64,000 bases of DNA from a virus (Duplodnaviria > Caudoviricetes). The stretch is from IMG/VR virus record IMGVR_UViG_3300011480_000001, positions 27,263-91,262 of that record. The stretch is one strand, 5' to 3'. The notes under the pieces were generated by a model. That model was not told the origin of the DNA. It saw only the letters and a list, made by a program, of their open reading frames with translations, and did not search any database. Positions 41,549-52,410 of the stretch are shown here, piece by piece (position 1 is the first letter of the stretch; each line of letters begins with the position of its first letter). The position numbers and the translations under genes were made by a program.

Positions 41549-42554
41549 TTCAAATCTCATAACTTCTATTGCAGAATCCACCAATAAAAGAGTTGAACGG
41601 CATAACCAACCAAGCAACATCATAGTATGTGCTGCCTTCCGGCACAGAATCTAAAACCTCCTTGAGAATTGCGTTTACAACATCAATTACTTTAGGATCA
41701 TCTGTTAGTTGAATACGAAGGTCGTGTGAAATCTGTTCAATATATTTATAACTACCGTCGTCCTGCAATTGTACAAGAGTTCCAGGCTGATCATAATCAT
41801 CAAGAATAATTTCTGTAATTTGCAAGTTGTCCAACGAAAACAATTTGAACTCTTTATGCGATACAACAAATAGATTTTTCACGGTACTTCTCCTCAATTG
41901 AATCCAAATTCTTTAGCAGCCTTAGACAATAGATCCCCCAACGCACGAGACTGCATCAAATAACCTTTCTCATTCCTAACACAAGCTTGAGACGAATACA
42001 ATTGCCATTGACTAAGTTTATCACATTTATGCAATACAAATCCTACTTCAATGAGGGATTGTTTAATTGTGGCTGCAAATGTTTTCACAGATTAACACCT
42101 TTACCCGCTAGAAATGCAAGGAAAGCACACTCAACAAACTCATCTTCATATGTAAGGCTGCATCCCCACCAAGGAGCTTTGAAGTCATCTTCCCCATTTT
42201 CATTATATCCAGACTTACGGAACCAAGCTTCAAACTCATTTTTAAAATCGTTCTTATTACCCATTTTCTTTCTCCTTTGCTCAATTGAGCTTCTGTGTTT
42301 TGTTGAGACAACTATTGCACACAAAAAGAAAGCCCGTCAACTGTAGAGCCTATTAAAAGATTCTATAGCTAATGGGCTTTTGATAACTTCACTCTATCAG
42401 TACAACTTCATAGTAATATCGATTCTCAGGAAATTCATTTTGAAGTGTTTCCACTTCTGTAATTGCTTCTAGTTCACAAGTGATGTGATCCGAACAAAGG
42501 TAGACATCTCCTTTAGGATCTTCATACATGATTTCATAAATCCAATCTTTAAAT

Positions 42555-42734
42555 TCACTCACTATCTTCCCCTAATTGACTAAGACGCTCTCCCAGCAAA
42601 ATCCTAGCCCTCACTTTCTCTTTATCAATGCAAACAATATCAGCAATTTGAGATAATGTAAACCCCTCTTGCCTAAGATTGTAGCAACGAATTGCTTGAG
42701 CGCGTGAGCGTTTCTGTGCTCCTGATCCTGACAT
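42555..42734 (-). CDS. Small HTH protein (sigma70 region-4-like), not in the ORF track
   Basis: MSGSGAQKRSRAQAIRCYNLRQEGFTLSQIADIVCIDKEKVRARILLGERLSQLGEDSE. Confidence 0.55.
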   Translation of the reverse strand: MSGSGAQKRSRAQAIRCYNLRQEGFTLSQIADIVCIDKEKVRARILLGERLSQLGEDSE

Positions 42735-42979
42735 TATACGTCATTCCATCCGTTATAATCAGTCCAACCTTGAACTAACACTTGGTATTCATGGCCAGTC
42801 TTGTAGACATTGTAAGGAATCGTCGGAGTCTCTTTAATCAGTGCGTAACACTCTTCCGTTTCGTGCTTGATGAAATAATAATGGTGTTCCGCTATCTCCT
42901 GATAATTCCAATCGTTCACTAAAGAATATTTATTAGAGTAAAGCCAATTATCAAACTCATATTTATTCATCTCAGCCAC
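42734..42979 (-). CDS. Hypothetical protein, paralog of 44526-44777
   Basis: NDWNYQEI...YALIKE...GHEY...WTDYNGWN shared. Confidence 0.75.
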   Translation of the reverse strand: MAEMNKYEFDNWLYSNKYSLVNDWNYQEIAEHHYYFIKHETEECYALIKETPTIPYNVYKTGHEYQVLVQGWTDYNGWNDV

Positions 42980-43176
42980 TCAACTGTAAACAAAACGTTG
43001 GCCACGTACTAGTTTCTCAGCTTCAAGAAGATAGAAGCCTTTAATTTCCTGTGTGCATGGGTCATAGAAAGCGTACTCAAAACCTGTCGTATCCTTGATG
43101 GCTTCCTGTCCTGCTTTCCAGTCATAGAATTCTTCTTGAGATTTGGTTTTACCACAATTTTGCATAATCACTTGTT

Positions 43177-43398
43177 TCATTTCACACCTCCAAAACGGTT
43201 AATACGAAGCTGAAGACACTTCGAATAATTCTCCATGATCCCTGACTGCAATTGTAGCAAAGCTTTGTCAACCTCGTCAAGAGACCCAATAAATTTAGGG
43301 TTTGAAAGGAAAGCGTTCAACTTCTCTAGTTTGGAGTCTAATTCTTTCTTTTCTTCTAGCACTCGTAGTTCGTGGGGTTGCATTTCATTATTCCTCAT
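43177..43398 (-). CDS. Small coiled-coil phage protein (crAss001_48-like)
   Basis: QPHELRVLEEKKELDSKLEKL..F...LLQLQSGIMENY..CL..RI. Confidence 0.6.
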   Translation of the reverse strand: MRNNEMQPHELRVLEEKKELDSKLEKLNAFLSNPKFIGSLDEVDKALLQLQSGIMENYSKCLQLRINRFGGVK

Positions 43399-44525
43399 TC
43401 AGGCTTCTCGAACGAATAATTCAAAAAGCTATCACAGCCATATTGATCAAATGTGTTATTAAATTCTGCATAATAATCATCCTGTCTTTCTACAAGCTCA
43501 TTAAACAGAGATGAAAGTTCTACAGGAATAAGGAAGTTATGTCCATCATCATCTTGCTTGAAACACCAACGTTGCGTCACTACCTCATATTCATCAGGGA
43601 TCATATACCAAATAGAACCGTCCTTGGCAATGAAAGCTAGAGAATCTTCAATCTCATAATCAAACTGTGATTCGTGTCGTTCTACGATTTCTCCAAGATC
43701 AAAATCATGTCCTGTAAGGTGAGCAATAACTTTAACTTTAGTACCTTGTTTCATAATTATCCCCTATAACACCTATCCCAAACAACATTAGGATCTTCAC
43801 AAACTTTTGATGTTAAGTACATAGCTGTACCTCCGAATATAAACACAAATACCATCAGAACACAAGAGATATTCTCCCAAATCCTTTGCTTTCTGTAAAG
43901 CCATGCAGCCTCAGCAATTGATGCACTGATTAAGGATGTTGCAAAAGATATTGCACAAAGAATCCACAATGTATCAATCATTTACTGCCAGCCTCTATCA
44001 TACTCACTCGGTCATGCCAAACAAGACTGGCTTTGTATTGATGCAGCAAGTCATGTGCATAATCATCAGATTCCTCTTCTGTCATTACTTTATCAAAAGT
44101 TTTCAGAAGATCTGCATTATTATTATAGATTTCAAATCGCCACCACTCTACTTTAGACATTTTTCAAATACTCCTTAGCTACCAATTCAAGAATATCCAT
44201 AGCCATGCTCTGTTGATCCGAAAACTCATACTGACCAAAATACTTATAATCAATCTCTTTCAAAGCCCATTCAACTTCATCTTTAGTGAAATGTGTAGGT
44301 TGTGCGTCTACAGAAAGACGAGCTAACCAGAATTGATTGTATGTCCAGCTATTGAAAATCATTTAAAATCTTCTCCATATTCAAAAGAAATCTTCTTGTC
44401 ATCAAGATAACACGTTTCACAGCAATATCCAACATCTTTCCATCGTTTGTACATTCCTTTAGGCTTTACAGCTTTACGGATGACGTAGGATTCTTGTATG
44501 TTGTCTTTGCAGTAGTGACATTGCA

Positions 44526-44777
44526 TTAGATTTCATTCCATCCATTATAATCTGTCCAGTTTTCAATCAATACCTCATACTCGTGCCCAATACCTTCCAT
44601 ATTATAGGGTGTTGCAGGCAACTCTTTGATCAGCGCATATCTATCCATGTTATTATTCTTAATGAAATAGAAATGATATCCATCAATTTCCTGATAATTC
44701 CAGTCGTTTGAGATATCATATTCTTTGGTTTTCAACCAAGCATCAAATTTATTTTTGTTCATACCTTTCTCCAGCAA
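44526..44777 (-). CDS. Hypothetical protein, paralog of 42734-42979
   Basis: Shared NDWNYQEI and WTDYNGWN motifs. Confidence 0.75.
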   Translation of the reverse strand: MLEKGMNKNKFDAWLKTKEYDISNDWNYQEIDGYHFYFIKNNNMDRYALIKELPATPYNMEGIGHEYEVLIENWTDYNGWNEI

Positions 44778-46033
44778 TTACAAGGATAGCCTTTCTTGTT
44801 GAAAGTGCCGCACTTATCGCACTCACGCTTCCCGTGCCTTACTAAACACGTCATTAGCTTGTTTAGTTTCTGGTCTATAAATTTAATCAGCATAATAGAA
44901 TTCAGAACCTTGGAGTTCTTTTAAAACCCGAGTACTCCACATCTCCTCATTACCAATCAAGTCAAAACAACGTGAATCTAGAACAAGACATTTGGTCTTA
45001 TGTTGACCAACTTCTAAAATCTTGAGTTTGAATACAACGTTACCACTGCTGCTGTCCACTTGTTCTATAATATCACCGATTTTCATCATTCACCCCAATT
45101 CGTAGGATTCTCATCATCTTGAGCCTCATAAACAACAAACTCATCACCTTGCCAATATCCTAATCCACGTTCCTCAAGGCTGTCAATAGCTTTCAGAAGA
45201 TTTTCGTAAGCTGAATAGGAAACGTATTGCCCAAACTCCTCTTCAACACGAATGACAGAAGCGTTCCCCCATTCCTCAGATTGTGCTTTGAAGTTGTAGC
45301 GTTTAGGGTTGTTCATTATTTCCAACCCTTGTACTTAGCAAATTCGGATAACCACACACCGGACGGGATGCCTAACAGGAAGCCCATAAACAATCCAACA
45401 GCAAGAAGAATATCACCTTCTGTCATAATCAATCTCTCCCTAAATGTTTATCATTTGTTGAGCACATAATACATAGAACCATGATTGGATACAAGAGAAA
45501 ACAAAAGATCAGAAACACTTAATCCTCCTTCCAGTATCGAAGTATGTAAGCATCTTCATTAGTTAAAAAGCTAATGATTTCATATTTAATTCCTGGGAGA
45601 TTATAAACATCTGAACAACCCCAAGTAGTATCAAACTCATTTTTAAGCCATTCAGTTTCTCTCGCTTCTCTACAACGGAATTGCAGGAATTTACGAAGAT
45701 TATCTGTTAGCTCTGATTCCTCTACTTCAATCCACATTACCTAGTTCTCCGGATTCTGTTCATTCCAATCTTTAATGTATTTCTCAGGATTATCAATCCA
45801 ATGATGCACAAGAGAATCTTCAAGAAGCTTCAGCCAACGGTCTGTACGAGCTTCTGCCTTATCAAAGGCTTCTAGTTCAGCTTGTGCTGCTAGAATTTTC
45901 TTTTCAAGTTTCTTCCTCTTAGCTTCAGGACCACCATTCAATTGACGGTTGAAAGTAATCATTTCTAGTTCATCACGACGATCAAGTTCGTGACAGCGGA
46001 GTGGACAACTACTGAACATTATTTCTTCTCCTA

Positions 46034-46471
46034 TTATACATATATCTCTTTTATACTCATCCCTTTGGTGAATAGCCTTCCTTGATGTACTGTAGTGCAA
46101 CGCCAAAACCTTGTCAAGATAATTTTAAGATTTTCTTCTAGCTCTGGAGTCAAGGAACCCCTGTAATCCCCTTCCCAACCTAGGAAAGAGTATCCAAAGA
46201 GTGACGCCCTTCGCTGTAGTATTAATTCCGCCTGCCAATCTTCCCAATATACAGCTTTCGCGCAACCACAAGGTTTCATTCCTTTAAGATACTGCCTCTC
46301 TGTTGTTTGGAATAAACAAGTTCTATATAACTCTTTATCATTACAATTTGAACATGATACAACTAATTGATTTCTATAGTTCTCTCTAAAACTACCAATA
46401 ACTTTTAAATGAAGGTTTGTATCTGTTTCATAATTATTTAATGTGTCTGTACTGCCGTAATATATTTTCAT
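46034..46471 (-). pseudogene. Truncated homing-endonuclease-associated Zn-domain gene
   Basis: CSNC...PCGC..GYSFLGWEGDY N-terminal module, then runs into a promoter (46089-46117) and the next gene; no nuclease domain seen. Confidence 0.45.
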
Positions 46472-46599
46472 GTCTAACTTTACTAAAAGATAATAATGTT
46501 TATATAACTCCTAAATCAGTTCAGGAAGATACTGGGTAGAGCTACCCTATACAATCCCAAACAGTTAAAAGAAAAGATACTAGATAATATCTTGTTCCT

Positions 46600-46947
46600 T
46601 TGTCAACCCTTCGGCTAACACTGCATAAGAGATCGTATAGGCTCATACCCGACCTTCCCTATCCTATGGAAATCCTCTACAATAGAGGCTCCTAAATTCA
46701 GACGAGGTTAGATGCTTGCAATGTAGGCAAGCCACAAGACACCATAGGAGAATGCCTTGCGCTGGGGAACAGATCATGGTAAGCTGCTGTTCCTATCTGT
46801 CATTCCCTCCTTACACGAGGGCCAGTACACCGATTTCAGATTTCGAGCTACGGTTGTGTCTAGTACCATTCCTTTTACACACATCTACATAAGGCCAAGC
46901 GTTGTAGTCCCGACAAACCCTATGCACTACGCCATAAAACAACGTAG
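46600..46947 (-). ncRNA. Candidate large structured ncRNA (about 350 nt)
   Basis: Promoter TTGTAT-N16 with TGn-TAGAAT (46981-46954); closing stem TGCATAGGG/TCTTATGCA; internal stems; G.U pairs favour the minus strand. Confidence 0.6.
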
Positions 46948-47075
46948 GCATCTATTCTATCACGAATCACCTAGAATACAAGAGAGAAATACTCTTTTTA
47001 TTCAGCCTTTAGGAGATAGATTCTCTCTTATTTACACAACCTATCAACCCTACAACATCCTATTGAAAATCTTAA

Positions 47076-47104
47076 TTGGCTTCCTAAGCCAAGAGGTGTA
47101 GAAT
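47076..47104 (+). promoter_or_regulatory. sigma70 promoter for the replication arm
   Basis: TTGGCT-N17-TAGAAT. Confidence 0.6.
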
Positions 47105-47138
47105 AGAACGTATCAAAAACACAAATGGAGATACACAG

Positions 47139-47561
47139 ATGGGAATGTACACTGAAATTTATGTAAAACTGTCCTTGAAAGACGACACACCACAGGAAGT
47201 CATTGAAATCCTTAAGCATATGATGGGACAAGATGCTGAAATTCCTAATGGGAAGCTTCCAGAACATGAACTGTTCACGAAAGGTCGTTGGAAATTTATG
47301 CTGCGCTGTTCGTCCTATTATCACATTCCATCTTGTGTAGGCAAGCTCTGGTATGATGAAATTGCAAAGCAGTGGTTCTTGGTGAATCGTAGTGACTTGA
47401 AGAATTATGAAGGTGAGATTGAATCTTTCTTTGATTGGATTTATCCTTATGCTGAGCAGGACTATGACAAACAGTTCCTTGGTTATGAATTGTATGAAGA
47501 AGAGCAAGAGCCAACAATGTACTACAAGACCGATAACGGATTGCAGATCAAAATGCCTTGA
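47139..47561 (+). CDS. Hypothetical protein
   Basis: GGAG RBS; MGMYTE N-terminus common in phage proteins. Confidence 0.75.
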   Translation: MGMYTEIYVKLSLKDDTPQEVIEILKHMMGQDAEIPNGKLPEHELFTKGRWKFMLRCSSYYHIPSCVGKLWYDEIAKQWFLVNRSDLKNYEGEIESFFDWIYPYAEQDYDKQFLGYELYEEEQEPTMYYKTDNGLQIKMP

Positions 47562-49858
47562 TTTATAGGCTTTTACACCCCAAATAATCGTTTTAACACA
47601 CAAGACATACATAGGTTGCGCTTAGAGAAGAAACGCGCTAGAATGTGTGAAAAACGTATAGAAAAGGAGGTTTAAAGTGAGCTATCTAGAAATGAGTGAA
47701 GAAGAAATCCACAATCTTGTTGAACGTGGTGGATTGGATGATGATATGTTTTTTAGTCTACACGAAGAGGCGATTAATGCACTGAACAAGACTGAGGCAG
47801 CTTACAATGCAGTCATCAGCTACATGCTCGGTAAAGGCTATACAGAAGAACCTCTTGAATTTCTACGTTGCTGGAATGAAGGTAATTTTGATGCTTTGCG
47901 TGAAGAGTGGCCCGATGCACCAAAAGAAATTTACTAAGCTGACCCTTTGTACAAAGGTGAATAAGGAGAATTAAGATGAGTGTTTTAACCTACCAACCAA
48001 GCCCAGAGCTTGGGGAAGTGAAAGTCGGAGATATGGTCAGCACACACGATAGTCAAGGGTTCTTGATGGAAATGGTTCGTGTGACTAAAGTGGCTAAGCG
48101 TTACATTAAGACAGAATGTGGTCGTCAGTGGACTGTTGATTATGGCGAGTGGATTGCTTGCTTCCATGGCAACAAACCGGAGAGCTATCCATTCCCAAGC
48201 ATTCGTAAAGTATAAAGGAGATAAACGATGAGTAAAATTACACTGTTGTACTTCAAGCCTAGTGGTAAATGGGGCTACGAAGGGACCTTGGAATTCTCTG
48301 ATGAGGGGAATATGTATGAATTGCAAGATTTGGTTAAGTCGTTGGATGACCAACGTAAACTTCCCGGTCTTGCTTCTGGTTCGTGGGATGGTCCAATCTA
48401 CATTGATTCTTCTTTACATCCCAAAGGCTTTCCACAATTGATTCTGTGAACGCTTGACACAGACCACAGAATGGTGTTTAATAAGCTCTAACGGAACGAA
48501 TCAGGAAGCAGCCTCATGAGACACGAAATAGCTATCGACAACATCACTCTGACCTGTGACATTCATAGCTACATCAAGAAGTCACCAGATTTCAATTCGT
48601 GGGAGTCAGATGTTGATTACTACGGGCATGAAGAGCTAGAATTTACTGTTGAAAGTGCTCTTGAGCTTGACGAAGACGGAATCCTCTATGACCTATCTTC
48701 GACTGAGATTGACAAGTTGATGTCTGATGAATGGTTTGTGAAGCTTGTTGAGAAAGAGTTGATTAAAATTATTGAAGCTGAAAAGGAGAGTGAAGAATGA
48801 ATAAAGAAGAAATGCTTAAGAAGCTAAAAGTGTCTGTGAAGAGCAGTGCAGAAAAAGCCCGAATGAATGCAGGCTATGCCGGTTCATGGGGTGATGGTGG
48901 AGCACATGAAATGGAGAAAAAGCTTGAAGCTTTCCTTGATGGTTATGAATTCGCTTTGACTGGTAAAACTAAAGTGTATGCTAAATTCTTCGAAGAGTTG
49001 GACAAAGAACAAGATCCTGATTATCAGAAGTACCTTGAACTGAAAGGGAAGTTTGGAGAATGATGAAAATTGTAGATTGGTTCTTCAATAATTGGTGGGG
49101 TGGTGTTATTCTAGCTGCTCTTGTATGCACAACAAGCGACATTATTATGTTTGGTGATAAAGTGGAGTTTGCTAACACATACATCGAAGGCATTAAGCTT
49201 TGTGAGGAAGATAGTAAGTCACAATGTCTGTTGATGGTGGTGCCGATGGGCACCCTTAAAGGAGTTGAATGATGAGTGAAGTAAAAATTAATGTAAAACG
49301 CCTAAAACAACTTGAGCGAGCAGCGTCAAAACTAAGCGCACTGGAAGCTGGAGGGGTTGATAATTGGGAATGGTACGGAGAGAGCCTTAAAGAATGGAAC
49401 CGAGAAAATCAACTTGAGGAAATTCTAGAAGAGGTTGTACAAAATATTCATGATATTATGGTAGATGGTGTAGATTATGATTTCCCTGCGGGACGTGAGG
49501 CTGGTATTAGTCTCAACCTAAATGAAGAAGGTGAGTCAGCAATTAAAAGGATTTTCTTGAAACTCGTTGAAGAGTATGTTGAACTTATGGAAGATAAAGA
49601 ATGACATTCAAAGTAAACATCGAGAATGGCACAAGTCTTTACACAACAGATGAGCTTATTTCCTATGGGCTTTCTGGCTGCCTTTATGCTGGAGACACAG
49701 ATTTGACAGCATTTGTCGAACAGATAGTGTCACATTATGAAACTAAGATTGAGCAAGCAAGCGGATCACGCTATATTGATGATGCTGAGGAAGAAGGTTA
49801 TCAACGCGGGCGTAGTGAATTGCTAGATGAGATTAAGAATTATTTGGAGAATATTTAA

Positions 49859-50443
49859 ATGAGTGAGATTAATATTACATTACAGCAAGCAGTAGCAGAC
49901 AATATCCTATCAAAAATTCGTTTGGTGGACCCTGGAGCAATTCTTGCCGGTGGAGCGCCGCGTGATTGGTATTTAGGTTATACTGCTAATGACCTCGACT
50001 TCTACTTTTGCTCTACTGGAATGACAGCAGGTGCAGTTAAAAAGCAATTGAAAGCAGTTGGTGTTGAAAATGTAGAGGCTTCAAGCGACTTCCATACAAC
50101 AGAGCTTTATAGTACAATGGAAGGACTTGTACGAATCTGGAACACGGAAGTTTCTGGAACTAAGGTCCAATTGATTCAACTAGACACTCCACAGAACCGT
50201 TGGCAAGTTGTAGATCGAATGGATGTATCTGTTTGTAAAGTTTGGTATTTGAATGGCCATATTAATCTTCACTCAGATTTCAAACTCACACTAGCTTCTG
50301 GTGTTATGTTCTTGTCTGATAAATACTGTTGGGTGAATAAACACGGTCAGAAGATGCTAGAGCGCTTTAAGGGTAAATTTGTGGCTGGTACTAAAGAGCA
50401 GGCCAAAACAGCTATTGTGAATAAAGCTTTGCTGGAGATTTAA
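49859..50443 (+). CDS. Nucleotidyltransferase (CCA-adding / poly(A) polymerase head domain)
   Basis: AGGAPRD...NDLDF catalytic motif. Confidence 0.75.
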   Translation: MSEINITLQQAVADNILSKIRLVDPGAILAGGAPRDWYLGYTANDLDFYFCSTGMTAGAVKKQLKAVGVENVEASSDFHTTELYSTMEGLVRIWNTEVSGTKVQLIQLDTPQNRWQVVDRMDVSVCKVWYLNGHINLHSDFKLTLASGVMFLSDKYCWVNKHGQKMLERFKGKFVAGTKEQAKTAIVNKALLEI

Positions 50444-50613
50444 ATGAACGTGACAAAACATTCTAGTAAGACAAGTCTGTTGAAAGAATTGAAAAAGCAA
50501 ATTCAATTAGGAGCAACACAAGTGGCTATTACGTTAGTAGATGAGAATGAGACGTATGAGTTGGTTGTGTTTGGAGAGGCTTTGGGACAAAGCCAAACGA
50601 AGGTGGAAGGTGA

Positions 50614-52365
50614 ATGACTGAGAAAGTCGATGGGGAATTGCTTTACCACGCAGAATGTATTGAGGAAGACTGCACATCATCCGATGGGATGGCCGTATAT
50701 CAAAAAGAGATTGATGGTGAAAAGATTCTTGATGCGTACTGTTTCGTGTGCCAGAATTATTTCAAGCACGATCAACTTGAAGAAGTTGGTGTGAAAATTA
50801 AAGATGGGAGGAAGAAAGTGTCAGAAGTAGTAGACTTTAGCGAAATCCAAAAGATTGATTTCCGAGGCTGGAAAGAACGCGGTATTGGACAACCGGTATC
50901 AGCAAAGTACGGCGTTCATACTGAGATTGTAAATGAATTTGATGTAGCTGCCCGCTACTATCCATCTACTGTTGATGGTGAAATTGTAGGCTTCAAGAAA
51001 AGAATTGTACCCAAAGACTTTGCAGGTATCGGGAGTACGAAAGCAACGAATCAGTTGTTTGGTCAATCAGTATTTGAAGCTGGGCAAAAGTATCTTGTGA
51101 TCGTGACTGGTGAGGAGGACGCCCTAGCATTTGCACAAGCGCTTTATTCAAAGCGGGATGGAGCAGAGTATTGGACACCTTGCGTTAGTGTGACTTGCGG
51201 TGATGGAAGTATTGTCAAACAGTTTAAGGCTAACTTTGAATATATCAATTCATTTGAAAAGGTGATTCTTGCCTTTGATAACGATGAATCGGCGCAGAAA
51301 CACGTAGAAGAAGCGGCACGTATCCTAGCTCCAGGGAAAGCATTTATTGCTAAGTTCCCGCAAGGAGTTAAAGACGCATCCGACATGTTAAAAGCTGGGC
51401 GATCTGCTGAGCTTAAGCAAATCTTCTGGAAAGCTGTTCCCTTTAGCCGAGTTGATGTACTGCACCTTAGTCAAATGTGGGAAGATTTTGAGAGCGAAGA
51501 CAATAATGTAAAAATTCCATTCCCTAGCTCATGGTCACATCTGAATGAAATGATGAACGGGGGTATGGAAAAAGGTGAAATTACTATTATTGGAGCCTTG
51601 ACTTCTATCGGTAAATCATCCATCATTAACAATGTGGTTTTCCATCTTATCGAAAATACCCGATTTAAGGTTGGCGCCATGTATTTGGAAGGTACAAAGC
51701 GGGAAGTTGTTCGGGATCTATTGTCGCTGGATACTGGAATGAACTTGCGAACAATCAATCGTGATTTGGTAGATATTAATTCTCTGAAACATCGGTTCTT
51801 TGAAAACCTTGCAAAGAAAGATCAGTTTGTTTATGTGGATCATCAAGGTAGTATTTCAACCACAGAGATTTTTGATAAACTGAACTATCTGGCTAAGGCT
51901 GAAAATTGTGATGTAATCATTATCGACCCTGTTCAGGCTGGTGTGAATAGTAGCGATAATGGCGCGATCATTGAGTTTATGGATACGCTCTTGAAGTTTG
52001 CAAAGGAAACAGATACGTGCGTGGTTGCTGTATCACACATGCGTAAACCGTCTGAGGATAATCCACACGCTGTGACGGAATACCAATTAATGGGTTCCTC
52101 AAGTCTGAACCAGATTGCATTCAATACGATCCTAATCAGTCGAGACAAGATGAATGAATGCCCGATTAAAAAATCGGCAACTAAGTTGCAATTGGTAAAA
52201 TGTCGTCGCACTGGTAATACGGGCGAAGCTGGATGGTTGCGTTATGATTCTGCAACAACACATATGTTCGCTACATCTGATCCATATGCTGAGGAAGGTT
52301 TACTATTAGAAGAACCACCATCAGTAGAAAATCTTGAAGTACCCGCACACATGGTTGACTTTTAA
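50614..52365 (+). CDS. DNA primase-helicase (T7 gp4-like)
   Basis: N-terminal Zn ribbon (C...SSDG...YCFVC); TOPRIM GEEDA, FDND and KDASD; helicase GALTSIGKS, IIIDP, VSHMRK and KCRRTG. Confidence 0.93.
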   Translation: MTEKVDGELLYHAECIEEDCTSSDGMAVYQKEIDGEKILDAYCFVCQNYFKHDQLEEVGVKIKDGRKKVSEVVDFSEIQKIDFRGWKERGIGQPVSAKYGVHTEIVNEFDVAARYYPSTVDGEIVGFKKRIVPKDFAGIGSTKATNQLFGQSVFEAGQKYLVIVTGEEDALAFAQALYSKRDGAEYWTPCVSVTCGDGSIVKQFKANFEYINSFEKVILAFDNDESAQKHVEEAARILAPGKAFIAKFPQGVKDASDMLKAGRSAELKQIFWKAVPFSRVDVLHLSQMWEDFESEDNNVKIPFPSSWSHLNEMMNGGMEKGEITIIGALTSIGKSSIINNVVFHLIENTRFKVGAMYLEGTKREVVRDLLSLDTGMNLRTINRDLVDINSLKHRFFENLAKKDQFVYVDHQGSISTTEIFDKLNYLAKAENCDVIIIDPVQAGVNSSDNGAIIEFMDTLLKFAKETDTCVVAVSHMRKPSEDNPHAVTEYQLMGSSSLNQIAFNTILISRDKMNECPIKKSATKLQLVKCRRTGNTGEAGWLRYDSATTHMFATSDPYAEEGLLLEEPPSVENLEVPAHMVDF

Positions 52366-52410
52366 AACATAGAGGGCTAACATCCTCTAGATAATTTAGG
52401 AGATTTTAGC

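Larger units (their letters stand above)
28325..46471 (-). other. Early / host-takeover region: dozens of small ORFs with interspersed promoters and terminators
   Basis: Co-oriented 50-200 aa ORFs with GGAG RBSs and more than a dozen TTGACA-type promoters. Confidence 0.8.

Noticed and set aside
43177-43398. Anti-CBASS Acb2 call
   Set aside because: Lacks the Acb2 GYR..S and RA(V/I)AQP motifs.
46757-47612. ORFs 46757-47101 (+) and 47028-47612 (-)
   Set aside because: No RBS; they overlap promoters, the candidate ncRNA or the real 47139 gene.
21609-47937. Stop-codon reassignment to explain the interrupted genes
   Set aside because: The internal stops are of different types, and TGA/TAA end many intact genes.
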